Shown: positions 12,414 to 24,958 of the stretch, piece after piece
How the letters are laid out: the number at the start of each line of letters is the position of its first letter
Numbering within the stretch: the stretch's first letter is position 1
Source of the DNA: Squalus acanthias
Lineage: Eukaryota
Direction: 5' to 3'
NCBI GenBank assembly: GCA_030390025.1
Contig: CM059431.1
Coordinates: 99,140,001 to 99,204,000 of the forward strand
DNA length: 64,000 nucleotides
Notes under the pieces: model-generated
What the model was told of the DNA's origin: nothing
Seen by the model: the letters and a program-made list of their open reading frames with translations, nothing else
Database searches by the model: none
Position numbers and translations under genes: made by a program

Positions 12414-12512
12414 CTAGAAGCGGCTTGCTATCAGCCGCTGACGGACGGCCCTTGCAGTTTCACCATTGTGGGCCGCCCTCACGCCTTGGTGCTGCTGCTG
12501 ATCATCCTCCTC

Positions 12513-12543
<31 letters not shown>

Positions 12544-13556
12544 GGTGGTGCTCCAAGGCCTGGTGGCATTGGCTGGGTCCTGAGGATTGCCATGTTATGC
12601 AGCATGCAGCACACAACTACGATGTTGGAAACTCGCTCAGGCGAGTACTGCAGGGCTCCTCCAGAATGGTCGAGACAGCGGAACCGTTGCTTGAGCACGC
12701 CGATTGTGTGCTCCACGATGTTCCTGGTAGCTTGATGGCTCTCGTTGTACCGCAGCTCAGCAGGGGTGTTGGGCGTACGGAGCAGTGTCATCAGCCAGGT
12801 GCTCAGTGGATACCCCTTGTCCCCGAGAAGCCAACCAACTGGCTGATGCGGTGCCTCGAAAAGTTCTGCCACAGTAGTCTGGCGCAGGATGAAAGCATCG
12901 TGGCAGCTGCCAGGATAGTGGGCATTGACAGCGAGTATCAGCTGTCTGTGGTCACAGACCAACTGAACATTCAAGGAATGGAACCCCTTTCTGTTCCGGA
13001 AATCCTCGGCATTCTCATGCGGAGCACGCAAAGCCACATGCGTGCAGTCAATGGCGCCCGCTATCCTCGCAAAGCCCAGAGCGCGTTCTTGCTGCTTGTC
13101 TGGGGTCATGGGGAAAGAGATGAACTCTCGTCTCCTTTTAAAGAGGGCATTTGTGACGTGACGGATGCAGCAATGCACCGCGAACTGGGAGATATTGGCG
13201 ATGTCCCCAACAGCAGATTGAAATGAGCCAGTAGCATAAAAGTTCAGAGCCACTGTGACCTTCACTGCCACCGACAGAGACGTCCTGGACCTCAGGTGAG
13301 GCTGCAGATCTGGCTGCAGCAGGTGGCAGAGCTCAGTGACCACCTCCTTGCTGAAGCGTAGCCTTCGCAGACACTTCTCATCAGACATATGAATGTAGGA
13401 GAGCTGTTCACGATATACCCTGGGAGGGTAAGCTCTCCTGTACAGACGCCTGTTGGCCCTCCTCCGTCTGGCCATCATTGCCACTCTCTCTCTGCGTCTC
13501 TGTCTCCTCCGATTCAGCTGGCGCAGGACGACGCCCCCCATCAGTGCAGCCCCCAT
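12414..13556 (-). CDS. Harbinger DDE transposase (HARBI1-like family), 380 aa
   Basis: Motifs ALNFYATGSFQ, GAIDCTH, NRKGFHSLNVQLVCD, PGSCHDAFIL, LLGDKGY, RNIVEHTIGVLKQRFRCL, CCMLHN. ATG at 13556; no stops or frameshifts. Confidence 0.95.
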
Positions 13557-14915
13557 ATCTCTTAGCAAGCAAAGTTATGAAGGCCAGAAACCAAAGTACC
13601 AGCGAAGTTAGGATGAGTAGCCAAAACTACCTCACACAGCGTTGACTCAATGCAGAAGTCTCTCTTTCTCTCTCTCCGAATCTCTCTCTCTCTCTCAGAA
13701 CGAGTGGTGCAAAAATGTCAACCACAGAGAAAGACAGGAATAGCGCCCCCCCCAGCCCCACAGCGATTGTTAGCGTTCCACTCTTCCGGTCGTTGGATGC
13801 GTCAGGCGGTAAGGATGGGGGCGCCACTGAAATTCTGCTCCGGGGCGCCACAAGGGCGTTGCACTCTCGTATGACGTCACAATCTGCGCGAGCAGGAGAT
13901 CGCGGCGATAAAGTTTAGCGCCACCGCAAAATGTCTAGTTAAGTTCGCGAGCGGCGCAAACATCGCTACGCCCGGGCGCTAGCTGCTTTGCGCCCCATTA
14001 GCACCCTCTTAAGGCGCTAACGGGAGGCGCAACCAACTGAATTTTTCCCCCAGAGTGTTTCCACTTGTAGGGAAGAGCATAACTAGAGGCCATCAATATA
14101 AGATAGTCACCAAGAAATCCAATAGGGAATTCAGAAGAAACTTCTTTACCCAGAGAGTGGTGAGAATGTAGAACTCGCTACCACAGGGAGTGGTTGAAGC
14201 GAATAGTATAGATGCATTTAAGGGGAGGCTGGACAAACATATGAGGGAGAAGGGAATAGAGGGTTAGGCTGATAGATTTAGATGAGGAAAGACGGGAGGA
14301 GGCTGGAGTGGAGCATAAACACCAGCGTGGACTGGTTGGGCCGAATGGCCTGTTTCTGTGCCGTATATCCGATGTAATCCTATGTATGATTGGATTACCC
14401 CTCAATCGTCTAAACTCAGGGGAATACAAGCCAAGGGGGAGAAATTCGGTACCTTAGCACCTTCCGTTATGGCCTCCGGGGGCGATAACGGAGCGCTAAT
14501 GACTTACCGGCCGGGCGGTGTGAAATGAACGACTCCCGCTAACTTGGCCGAGAGGTTTGCGGCGGCGGTAACGCTTTGCGCCACAATCTCCAGCTGACTG
14601 GCCCCAATGCAGAGCTGGTGGCGATGGCCCTTCCCTCGGGTGGTGGCAGTGCTGCACGGGACCGCCTGCATCGCCCCGCCTGCGTCCTTTAGCGCTCCAG
14701 GAAGGAAGTGCAGCGTTTGATTTAGCGCTCCACTTCTTTCCTGGAGGTGCCGTCTTTCGGAGGAGACGTTAAACCGAGGCCCCGTCTGCTCTCTCAGGTG
14801 GACGTAAAAGATCCCATGGCACTATTTCGAAGAAGAGCAGGGGAGTTCTCCCCGGTGTCCAGGACAATATTTATCCCTCAACCAACATCACTAAAACAGA
14901 TTATCTGGTCATTAT

Positions 14916-17900
14916 GTATGCGGGATGGTTTCTTAGAGCAATACATTGAGGAACCAACCAGGGAGCAGGCTATTTTAGATCTGGTAATGTGTAATGAGAC
15001 AGGATTAATTAATGATCTCATAGTAAAGGATCCCCTAGGAAAGAGTGATCATAACATGGTAGAATTTCAAATTCAGTTTGAGGGTGAGAAACTTGGGTCT
15101 GAAACTAATGCCCTAAACTTAAATAAAGGCAATTACAAGGGTATGAGGACAGAGTTGGCTAAAGTGGACTGGGAAAATAGATTAAAGGGTAAGACGGTAG
15201 ATCAGCAGTGGCAGACATTTAAGGAGATATTTCATAAATCTCAGCAAAGGTGTATTCCAGTGAGAAAGAAAGGCTCTACGAGAAGGATGCACCATCCATG
15301 GCTAACTAAGGAAGTTAAGGATGGTATCAAATTGAAAGAAAAGGCATATAATGTTGCGAAGATTAGTGGGAGACCAGAGGATTGGGGAATTTTTAGAAAC
15401 CAGCAAAGGATGACTAAAAAATTATAAAGAGGGAGAAGATAGAGTATGAGAGTAAACTAGCAAATAATATAAAAACAGTCAGTAAGAGCTTCTACAGGTA
15501 TATAAAAAGGAAGAGAGTAGCTGAAGTAAACATTGGTCCCTTAGAGGATGAGACTGGGGAATTAAAGGCCTGTATTTTCTGATCCCTACGGGTGGGTACG
15601 CGCTGTGTACTCACCCGTAGGGACATCGGAAATGGCGGTTTCGGGCATGCACTGTGCATAAGCTGAAAACCGGCATTTTCGATCTGTCAAGAATGGTCTC
15701 GACAGATCGGACGCCTGCCCTGGAGAAGGGCCTCTGCGGGCGGATAGTTCCACTTTCTGGAGAACCTCCGCCTGCTGAAAACCCTTAGAATTCTTACGCC
15801 TGGTAAAAGCAGCGTAAGGCCTGCTTTTACCAGGATAAGAGTTGAAAAAAGTTTAAAAAAAATTCCACTCATTTATCATTTAAAAATACTTTAAAAAAAG
15901 GTAAGTTTAATTTTAGCCCCGTAAAAAACTTTAATTATTTTTTTCAAAAAATTAAATTTTTGTTTAAAATATTTAATTTATTGTAATTTCAACTAATTTT
16001 AAAAATGTGATTTTTAAAAAATGTATTTAATGTTTTAAAGTGTTTTTGGGGTGATCTCCATTCATATATTTGACAGGTCTATCTGTCAAGTGTATGAAGG
16101 GAGATTCCCTTCTCTGATTGGCTCCCCATGGCCCACGTGATCCCAGGGACGCTGCGAACCGCCTGCGCCTCTGGGATACGTGGGCCCTGCGCACTTGGAG
16201 TTGGAGAGGCCCAGCATCGGAACTATACGCACCTCGGGAGCCCTCAGGTAAGGGCGTAGATTTTTTCCAGATCGGAGGCCTCCGTACACGGGAAGCCTCC
16301 GATCGGAAAATAAGGCTCAATAATGGGGAATAGAGAAATGGCAGAGACTCTAAACAATTATTTTGGATCGGTCTTCATGGTAGAAGACACTAAAAACATC
16401 CCAATAATAATAGATAATCAAGGGGCTATAGGGAGGGAGGAACTTAAAACAATCTCTATCACTAGAGAAAAAGTACTAGACAAACTAATGGGGCTAAAGG
16501 CCGACAAGTCCCCTGGACCTGATGGCCTGCACCCTAGGGTCTTAAAAGAAGTGGCTGCAGAGATAGTGGATGCGTTGGTTGTAATCTACCAAAATTCCCC
16601 GGATTCTGGAGTGGTCCCAGCGGATTGGAAAACCGCAAATGTTTTGCCACTATTCAAGAAAGGAGGGAGACAGAAAGCAGGAAACTATAGGCCAGTTAGC
16701 CTAACATCTGTCATTGGGAAAATGCTGGAATCCATTATTAAGGAGGTAATAGCAGGACATTTAGAAAATCATAAGACAATCAAGCAGAGTCAACATGGTT
16801 TTATGAAAGGGAAATCGTGTTTGACAAATTTGCTAGAGTTCTTTGAGGATGTAACAAATAGGGTGGATAAAAGGGAACCAGTAGATGTAGTGTATTTGGA
16901 TTTCCAGAAGGCATTCGATAAGGTGCCACATAAAAGGTTACTGCACAAGATAAGAGCTCACGGGGTTGGGGGTAATATTTTGGCATGGATAGGGGATTGG
17001 CTAACTAACAGAAAACAGAGAGTCGGGATAAATGGGTCATTTTCCGGTTGCCAACCAGTAACTAGTGGGGTGCCACAGGGATCAGTGCTGGGGCCTCAAC
17101 TATTTTCAATCTATATTGATGACTTGGATGAAGGGACCGAGTGTATTGTAGCCAAATTTGCTGATGATACAAAGATAGGTGGGAAAGCAAGTTGTGAGGA
17201 GGACACAAAGAGTCTGCAAAGGGATATAGATAGGTTAAGTGAGTGGGCAAAAATTTGGCAGATGGAGTATAATGTGGGAAAATGTGAGGTTATCCACTGT
17301 GGAAGGAAGAATGAAAAAGCAAATTATTATTTAAATGGAGTTAGACCACAAAACTCTGCAGTACAAAGGAATCTGGGGGTCCTCGTACATGAAACACAAA
17401 GTTAGCATGCAGGTACAGCAAGTAATTAGGAAGGCTAATGGAATGTTGGCCTTTATTGCAAGGGGGATGGAGTATAAAAGTAGGGAAGTCCTGCTACAAC
17501 TTTACAGGGCGCTGGTGAGACTGCACCTGGAGTACTGCGTACAGTTTTGGTCTCCATATTTAAGGAAGGATATACTTGCATTGGAGGCAGTGCAGAGAAG
17601 GTTCACTAGGTTGATTCCTGGGATGAAGGGGTTGACGTATGATGAAAGGTTGAGCAGGTTGGGCCGATACTCTCTGGAGTTTAGAAGAATGAGAGGTGAT
17701 CTTATTGAAACATATAAGATTCTGAGGGGGATTGACAGGGTGGATGCTGAGAGGGTGTTTCCCCTAGTGGGGGTATCTAGAACTAGGGGGCATAGTTTCA
17801 GAATAAGGGTTTGCCATTTAAGACGGAGATGAGGAGGAATTTCTTCTGAGGGTCGTGAATCTTTGGAATTCTCTACCCCGGAGAGCTGTGGAGGCGGAGT

Positions 17901-18087
17901 CATTGAATATATTCAAAGCGGAGATTGACAGACATTTGAACGACAAGGGAGTCAAGGGTTATGGGGAGAGAGCGGGAAAGTGGTGTTGAGGCCAAGATTG
18001 GATCAGCCATGATCTTATTGAATGGCAGAGCAGGCTCGAGGGGCCGATTGGCCTACTCCTGCTCCTGTTTCTTATGTTCTTATGTTC
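14916..18087 (+). mobile_element. 5'-truncated CR1 LINE (ORF2 RT at 16323-17405), inserted into a SINE and interrupted by a MITE
   Basis: KSPGPDGLHPRVLKE, YRPVSLTS, YLDFQKAFDKVPH, SGVPQGSVLGP, KFADDTK; (ttcttatg)n tail. The SINE resumes at about 18092 after the shared TTAT. Confidence 0.92.
15567..16318. mobile_element. MITE (probably Harbinger-type) inside CR1
   Basis: Imperfect TIRs ggcctgtattttctgatc / gatcggaaaataaggctc and an AT-rich centre. CR1 sequence gggaatt|aataatgggg rejoins across it. Confidence 0.7.
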
Positions 18088-18517
18088 TTATCACATTGCT
18101 GTTTGTGGGAGCTTGCTGTGTGCAAATTAGCTGCCGCGTTTCCCAAATTACAACAGTGACTACACTTCAAAAAGTACTTCATTGGCTGTAAAGCGCTTTG
18201 AGATGTCTGGTGGTCGTGAAAGGCGCTGTAGAAATGCAAGTCTTTCTTTAACCTGTTCTCATATTTTAACCCTTTTAGCCCTGGTATCATTCTGGTGAAT
18301 CTCCATTGCCCCCCCTCCAAGGCCAGTATATCCTTCCTGAGGTGCGGGGCCCAGAACTGAACCCAGTTATTCCAGATGTGGTCTGAACAAGGCTCTGTAC
18401 AGCTGAAGCATCACTTCCTCACATGAAGGGGTGGTGGACTCAGAGGAAGAGAGTTCAGGGCTGGAGAAGGTTGCAGAAATAGGGAGGGATGAGATCTTGG
18501 AGGGTTTTAAACACAAG

Positions 18518-21095
18518 GGGGGAAAAGTTCAGTATCGCCCCGTTTGGGGAGCAATTATCGGCCGGGCGCAAAGATTAGCGCCTGGCGCTAATTATCGCCT
18601 CCGACTGCAAACTTGACTTTTATCGCTCCTGGAGGTGATTGGAGCGCTAAATCAGGCGCTACACACTGTAGAATTGGCAATATATCGCGATTTTATTAAT
18701 AAGGAGAAGAACACAGAGTTTCGTTCAAACAGCTTTTATTTCAGCAGAATGCTGTCAGGTTTTCAAAGTGGACACAAGCAGCTTGTAAAATGGCCGCCGC
18801 ACCTCGTGGCAGAACATTCTAGACTTTTCAACAGGCAGACAAGATGGCGTTCCAATAAACATTTGTGCAAGATCGATTAAGACTCAGCACATTTAAGATA
18901 ATACACGAGACATCATGGGTTTACAGTATACACATAAATACTGAAATCGGTCTCCCGGGTACGAATAAAAGCTATTGTACCAAGTAATCAAGAACCCATC
19001 CAAAGACATTAATATGTAAAATCCCAACGACTCTACGATGAGAGAGCCGTTAGCGGGTAGTTACAGAAAACACTTGGAAGCCCCAAAACCCCTCCAGGGA
19101 GAACACCGACCGATTAAACAATGGGAGAAATATTAACAGGTACTCAGACATTTACGAGTAGCCCCGAAACCCATTAAAACGAAGATCACCCTATACAAGA
19201 CATTTGAGCGCCAAACCCTAACAAAAAAAAAGACATTAAGGTTGGGCGGGAAACGGAAGATTTTGCACTATAATTGCAAGCTCCAAACCGTCCATCTTTC
19301 TCTTGACTCTTGACTCTTATTCGGTTGACTCTTATCCTCGTGGCTGCTCCTGTGCTCTTGACTCGCCGTCTTGTTCCTGCTTGCCTCGTGTCTCTTTTCA
19401 AAAGACTGTTGAACTTTACAATCCGCTCGAATCTACCTCGTGTCGTGTCGCGAAGACCTGTGTAGAACTGGGCTCTGAAGCCTTGAAGCGGGCGCACCAT
19501 CCCGATAAGTCGGTAAACGGTGTTGGAACCGAAGGCCCGAGATGAGATGAGATGAGATGAGATGAGATGAGAAGAGAAGAAGACAATACATCTCGTCACG
19601 GTCAGTAAGCCCCGACCGCGCTCGATAAATCGGTAACTGCTACCCAACTGGCAGGAAGACTATTCTTCGAATTTTATCGCATCAGTGCGAGGGCACAGGA
19701 AGACTCTTTTTTGAGTAGAGTCGGAACTCCGAGGACAACACAGATCTTCATGACAGCAGACGTTCCAGCCTGCTAGCCGGAGCAGAAACGAGTAAACAAG
19801 TGGGGCCAGGAGACCCCCTGATCGACACGTGGGCGCTGCGGTGAAAAACATCCGATCAGAGTTTTCGGAATTCTCCGAGTTATCACGAGTGGTGAGCATG
19901 AGTCTCGAATCCTACGAATCTAGCTTAGGACAGATATTGATAGGGGAGGGTTTTAAGTATTAAGGATAATTGTAATGTGTGCCCCCATTTACGATGTGTC
20001 GTTCGTTCCTCGTTTCCCCGAACTTAGTTACATAACTGCGTGTAAGATTGTACTGTCATTAATCTGTGCTTATGACATGTATTTCGTAATCTTAAGTACT
20101 ATGCAATAAAGATTTTCCATTTCGTACCATTCAACCGAGTCTACCTGAGTTTCATCTCCATTACTGCTCTCGCATCTAAGTCCAGTGTCTAGAACCGTAA
20201 GGGCGAGTGGGTCGAACCACTCACAGGGGTGTCTAGTGCTCCCAGACTGGCTGGAGACCAGAACAGGCAACAAGGCCTAAACCCGCACTAGCACCCGGGC
20301 TGCACAGAGCCACACGAATCTCACAGGCTGAGAGACAAAAACCCTTACAACACCTCTCTTAAGGTGCAAAGGCCGAGGAGCGAGGCGTTACCTCAGAGCG
20401 CTGGCGAAGCTCATGTGATGTCAGTCAGCAATGGAACACACACACAATGGCACCGGGCAGTTCTTAAAGGGGAGGGTTGATCTTGCTCTCCATCCACATC
20501 CTGCTCATTGCAGCCTTGAATCTCGGCCTGGAGAGACCTGTACATCAAATCTGCTGGAAAGAACAATGGAGAGGCCCAGGGAAAGAGCTCAGAGTGCAGC
20601 CCCCACAGTCTCTTCTAAATAGATGCAAGGAAGGGCAAATCAAAATGAACCTGCAAAGTGCTGCTCAGTACCCAAAACTCCTTCACACAGCGTTGAATGT
20701 CTCCAGAAGTCTCTCTCTCTCTCTCAGAATGCGTGGTGCAAAAATGTCACCAACAAAAAAAGGCAGGAAGCGTTCGCCTTTAAATAGCGCTCCCCCAGTC
20801 CCTTCTTGATTGCAAAACGCTCCCCTCAACCTGTCGTTGCTAGCGGCAGGCGGTAAGGCAGGGGGCGCCACTCAATATCCGCTCCGGGGCGCTACCGGGG
20901 CGTTGCGCACTCGACTGATGTCACGATCTGCCGGCGCAGGAGATCGTGGCGGTAGTGCTTAGCGCCACCGCAAAATGTCTAGTTAATTTCACGAGCGGCG
21001 CAAACATCGCCGCGCCCGGGAGCTAGTTGCTTTGCGCCCCATTAGCGCCCTCCTAAGGCGCTAACGGGAGGCGCAACCAATTGAATTTTTCCCCC
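18518..21095 (+). mobile_element. Non-autonomous Harbinger deletion derivative (type A), interrupted by an LTR-like insertion
   Basis: TIRs GGGGGAAAAGTT / AATTTTTCCCCC, TSD AAG. Retains both termini and the sequence up to the Myb ATG of the autonomous element. Confidence 0.9.
18667..20349. mobile_element. Solo-LTR-like element (1683 bp)
   Basis: TGTA...TACA termini and 4-bp TSD ACAC. The empty site gctacacacctctcttaagg is visible in the sister copy near 42120-42140. No convincing coding capacity. Confidence 0.75.
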
Positions 21096-21877
21096 AAGGA
21101 GAATAAGTTTAAACTTGAGGTGTTGGTGAACCAGAGCCAGTGTAGGTCAGTGAGGCCAGGGAACAACAACAACTTGTATTTATACAGTGCCTTTAACGTA
21201 GCAAAACGTCCCAAGGTGCTTCACAGGAGCGATTATTAAACAAAATTTGACACCGAGCCACATAAGGAGATATTAGGACAGGTGGTCAAAGAGGTCGGTT
21301 TTAAGGAGCGTCTTAAAGGAGGAAAGAGAGGTGGAGAGGTTTAGGGAGGGAATTCCAGACCTTAGGGCCCAGGCAGCTGAAGGCACGGCCACCAATGGTG
21401 GAGCGATGGGAATCGGGGACACGTATAAGGCCAGAATTGGTGAGCTGGGCCAGTGGGATTCCACTAGCAGAGTTTTGAATGAGTTGAAGTTCACTGAATG
21501 TTGGGGATTACTCACTGTGAGAATTGTGTGCACTGGAAATTGAGAGACTAAAGGAAAGACAATTTATGAAATTTCAGTTGAGTTATTAATAAGTTATTTG
21601 TTATAGAAAAGAATACATTCTAAACATGTGCACCAGAGCTGAGTTGTTGCATTTCTGTTTATAAAGAGTCTGAGACAACTTTTCCGTTTACTTCCTAAGC
21701 GATTGTCCTACATCTTCTGTCTAACCTGTGCTCACTGTTTAGCAAACCAAGACACCTTATCTGATTTGTAACACTCACTCTCGCTGGTAATAAATCATTA
21801 ACACCAACTATTTTTGGAAACGAAATTGGACTGTATTCACAGCACTCTCAGGAATTTAGGGTAGGTTGAGTTCCAAC

Positions 21878-23800
21878 TAGGAGGACACAAATAACCTCCC
21901 AGAGATGTCGGGGAACATAGGGTCTAATGAGAGGGAGGAATTGAATGAAATCAGTATTTGTAGGGAAATGGTGTTAGGGAAATTGATGGGATTGAAGGCC
22001 GATAAATCCCCAGGGCCTGATAATCTACATCCTAGGGTACTTAAGGAAGTGGTCCTAGAAATAGCAGATGCATTGCTGGTCATCTTCCAAAATTCTATAG
22101 ACTCTGGAACAGTTCCCATGGATTGGAGGGTAGCTAATGTAACCCCACGATTTAAAAAAGGTGGTAGAGAGAAAACGGGGAATTATAGACCGGTAAGCTT
22201 GACATCGATAGTGGGGAAAATGCTAGAGTCCATTATAAAAGATGTAATAGCAGAGCACTTGGAAAACAGTGACAGGATCGGACAAAGTCAGCATGGATTT
22301 ACAAAAGGTAAATCATGCTTGACTAATCTACTGGAATTTTTTGAGGATGTAACTGGTAGAATAGATAAGGGAGAACCAGAGGATGTGGTGTATTTGGACT
22401 TTCAGAAGGCTTTCGACAAGGTCCCGCATAAGAGATTAGCGTGCAAAGTTAAAGCACATGGGATTGGGGGTAAGGTACTGACTTGGATAGAAAACTGGTT
22501 GGCAGACAGGAAACAAAGAGTTGGAATAAATGGATCTTTTTCCAAGTGGCAGGCAGTGACTAGTGGGGTACCGCAGGGATCGGTGCTAGGACCCCAGCTA
22601 TTCACTATATATATTAATGATCTAGATGAGGGAACTAGATGTAATATCTCCAAGTTTGCAGATGACACAAAGCTGGGTGGGCGTGTGTGCTGTGAGGAGG
22701 ATGCAGAGAAACTCCAGTATGATTTGGACAGGTTGGGTGATTGGGCAGATGCATGGCAGATGCAGTATAATGTGGATAAATGCGAGGTTATCCACTTTGG
22801 TGGCAAAAACAGGAAGACAGATTATTATCTGAACAGCAATAGATTGGGAAAAGGGGAAGTGCAACGAGACCTGGGTGTCCTTGTGTACCAGTCGCTGAAG
22901 GTAAGCATGCAGGTGCAGCAGGCGGTTAAGAAGGCAAATGGTATGTTGAGAGAGAGGATTCGAGTACAGGAGCAAGGATGTCTTGCTGCAGTTGTACAGG
23001 GCCTTGGTGAGACCACACCTTGAGTATTGTGTGCAGTTTTGGTTGCCTTATCTGAGGAAGGATGTTCTTGCCATGGAGGGAGTGCAGCGAAGATTCACCA
23101 GACTGATACCTGGGATGGCAGGAATGACGTATGAAGAGAGATTGGGTCGATTAGAAACATAGAACATAGAAACATAGAAGCAGGAGTAGGCCATTCGGCC
23201 CGTCGAGCCTGCTCCACCATTCAATACGATCATGGCTGATCATTCAAATACAGTACCCTGTCCCTGCTTTAATCCCCACAGTACACAAATCCCACCCTAC
23301 CCCCGTAACCCCACGTATTTAATTCCCCCTAACATATCCCATCCTATCCCCATAACCCCACAGATTAGGCTTATATTCGCTCGAGTTTAGAAGAATGAAA
23401 GGGGATCTCATTGAAACTTATAAAATTCTAACAGGACTAGACAGACTAGATGCAGGAAGGATGTTCCCGATGGGGGGGGAGTCCAGAACCAGGGGTCACA
23501 GGATTCTAAGGATAAGGGGTAAGCCATTTAGGACTGAGATGAGGAGGAATTTCTTCACCCAGAGAGTGGTGAACCTGTGGAATTCTCTACCTCAGAAGGC
23601 AGTTGAGGCCAATTCATTAAATATATTCAAGAAGGAGTTAGATATATTTCTTAAGGCTAAAGGGATCAAGGGATATGGGGAGAAAGCAGGGACAGGGTAC
23701 TGAATTTGGATGATCAGCCATGATCTCATTGAATGGCGGAACAGGCTCGAGGGGCCAAATGGCCTACTCCTGCTCCTATCTTCTATGTTTCTATGTTTCT
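21878..23800 (+). mobile_element. 5'-truncated CR1 LINE (RT ORF 21905-23023)
   Basis: Same RT motifs; (ttctatgt)n tail. Confidence 0.92.
23155..23362 (-). mobile_element. Truncated SINE-like insert with a CR1 3' tail
   Basis: TSD GATTAG (23149-54, 23363-68); G-rich body plus a tail resembling 23685-23800. Confidence 0.7.
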
Positions 23801-24958
23801 AACTGAAGAGATTACGGCTTAAGCTTTTTCTTGAGTTCTTTGTGACCTGGCACCTCTTACCGTGCCTAGCTTGCATGCAGCACTCTTCATAGCGTAATCT
23901 TCAATGTCATGCTGTCACCTGGCAGTCGGGACTCTGAACTCTTCCTAAACGGGATTTCCTGAAAATGATTCACCCCAGAAGATGGGAGTTGAGGGGTGAT
24001 ATGACGTTCAGGAAAGATTACTTTGACCAGAGGAGAGAAAATGTTTGCTTTACCCATGTAAAAACAGTTTGGAAATTCAGAAAGTGTCTCGATGAGAGGT
24101 GAAACATGAAGCACTCTGGTTTAAGCTCAGGAGGAGGAACTGAAGAAGGTTGACTTTTGGGGAATGCTGCACCTCCCAGGCCAGATATGCACTCAATTCT
24201 ATGGAGCGGGACTTGAACCCAAGATCTTCTGACTCGGGGGTGGGTGTTGGCTACCAACTGATCCAAGGCTGAACCTCCTTGGTCAAGTTCCTGACTCCCA
24301 TTGAGCAATGCCAGGGGAGATTTACTCGTTTGTAGAAAGACTCCCAGCCAAACAAAGCGAACAGTCTGTACAAACAACAACCTGCGTCAGATATTTTAGG
24401 AGGAGCCTCACCAGCTGCTTCTCTGCTTTGGTGCTTGAATACATGACGAAAATTAATTGCGCAGGAATTTGATGCAATAAGTTTGTCTGGTTTGGATCCA
24501 TTTTAACCCAACATGTCCACATTATCACCATACAGACAGGCACTGAGGGCTGAACGTTCCTTTCTTGAAATGCAGTTTCTGATCTTTACTGTGGTCCAGC
24601 AGCCTAAACCTGTCACTCATTGCTGCAAGAAAGCACATTTACTGTAGCCATATATCACATGACTGACACAATGCGAATATATCACACACCTCTCTGATAC
24701 TGACAGCTACGGGCCTCATAATATTTGTCACATAATTTACCTCCCACTTTACAAAGCTTGCTTAAAATGCCAAGTAACTTAGGTGTCAGCCGTGGCTCAG
24801 TGGGCAGCACTCTCGGCTCTGAGTCAGAAGTTAGGTCTGTGAATTCTGGATGCTCGATGCTTTGGTGATGTAGTGCCATGAGGTGCGACACTCTGGAGCC
24901 CAATTCTCAGTGTGATGTGTGTGAAGGCTCGATGCTATCACGTGCAGTCTACCCAAGA

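Larger units (their letters stand above)
9965..14051 (+). mobile_element. Near-intact autonomous-type PIF/Harbinger DNA transposon
   Basis: TIRs GGGTGAAAAATT / AATTTTTCCCCC, 3-bp TSD AGA (9962-64 and 14052-54), two convergent genes (Myb/SANT and DDE transposase). Inserted in a CR1 fragment. Confidence 0.95.

Noticed and set aside
12354..13226. 290-aa plus-strand ORF
   Set aside because: Antisense shadow of the transposase.
12414..13568. Domesticated host gene HARBI1
   Set aside because: It lies between TIRs with a TSD and a partner Myb gene, so it is a transposon copy.
24780..24835. tRNA genes (also at about 26835, 29740-29800 and 36180-36248)
   Set aside because: A/B-box-like SINE heads without a full cloverleaf.
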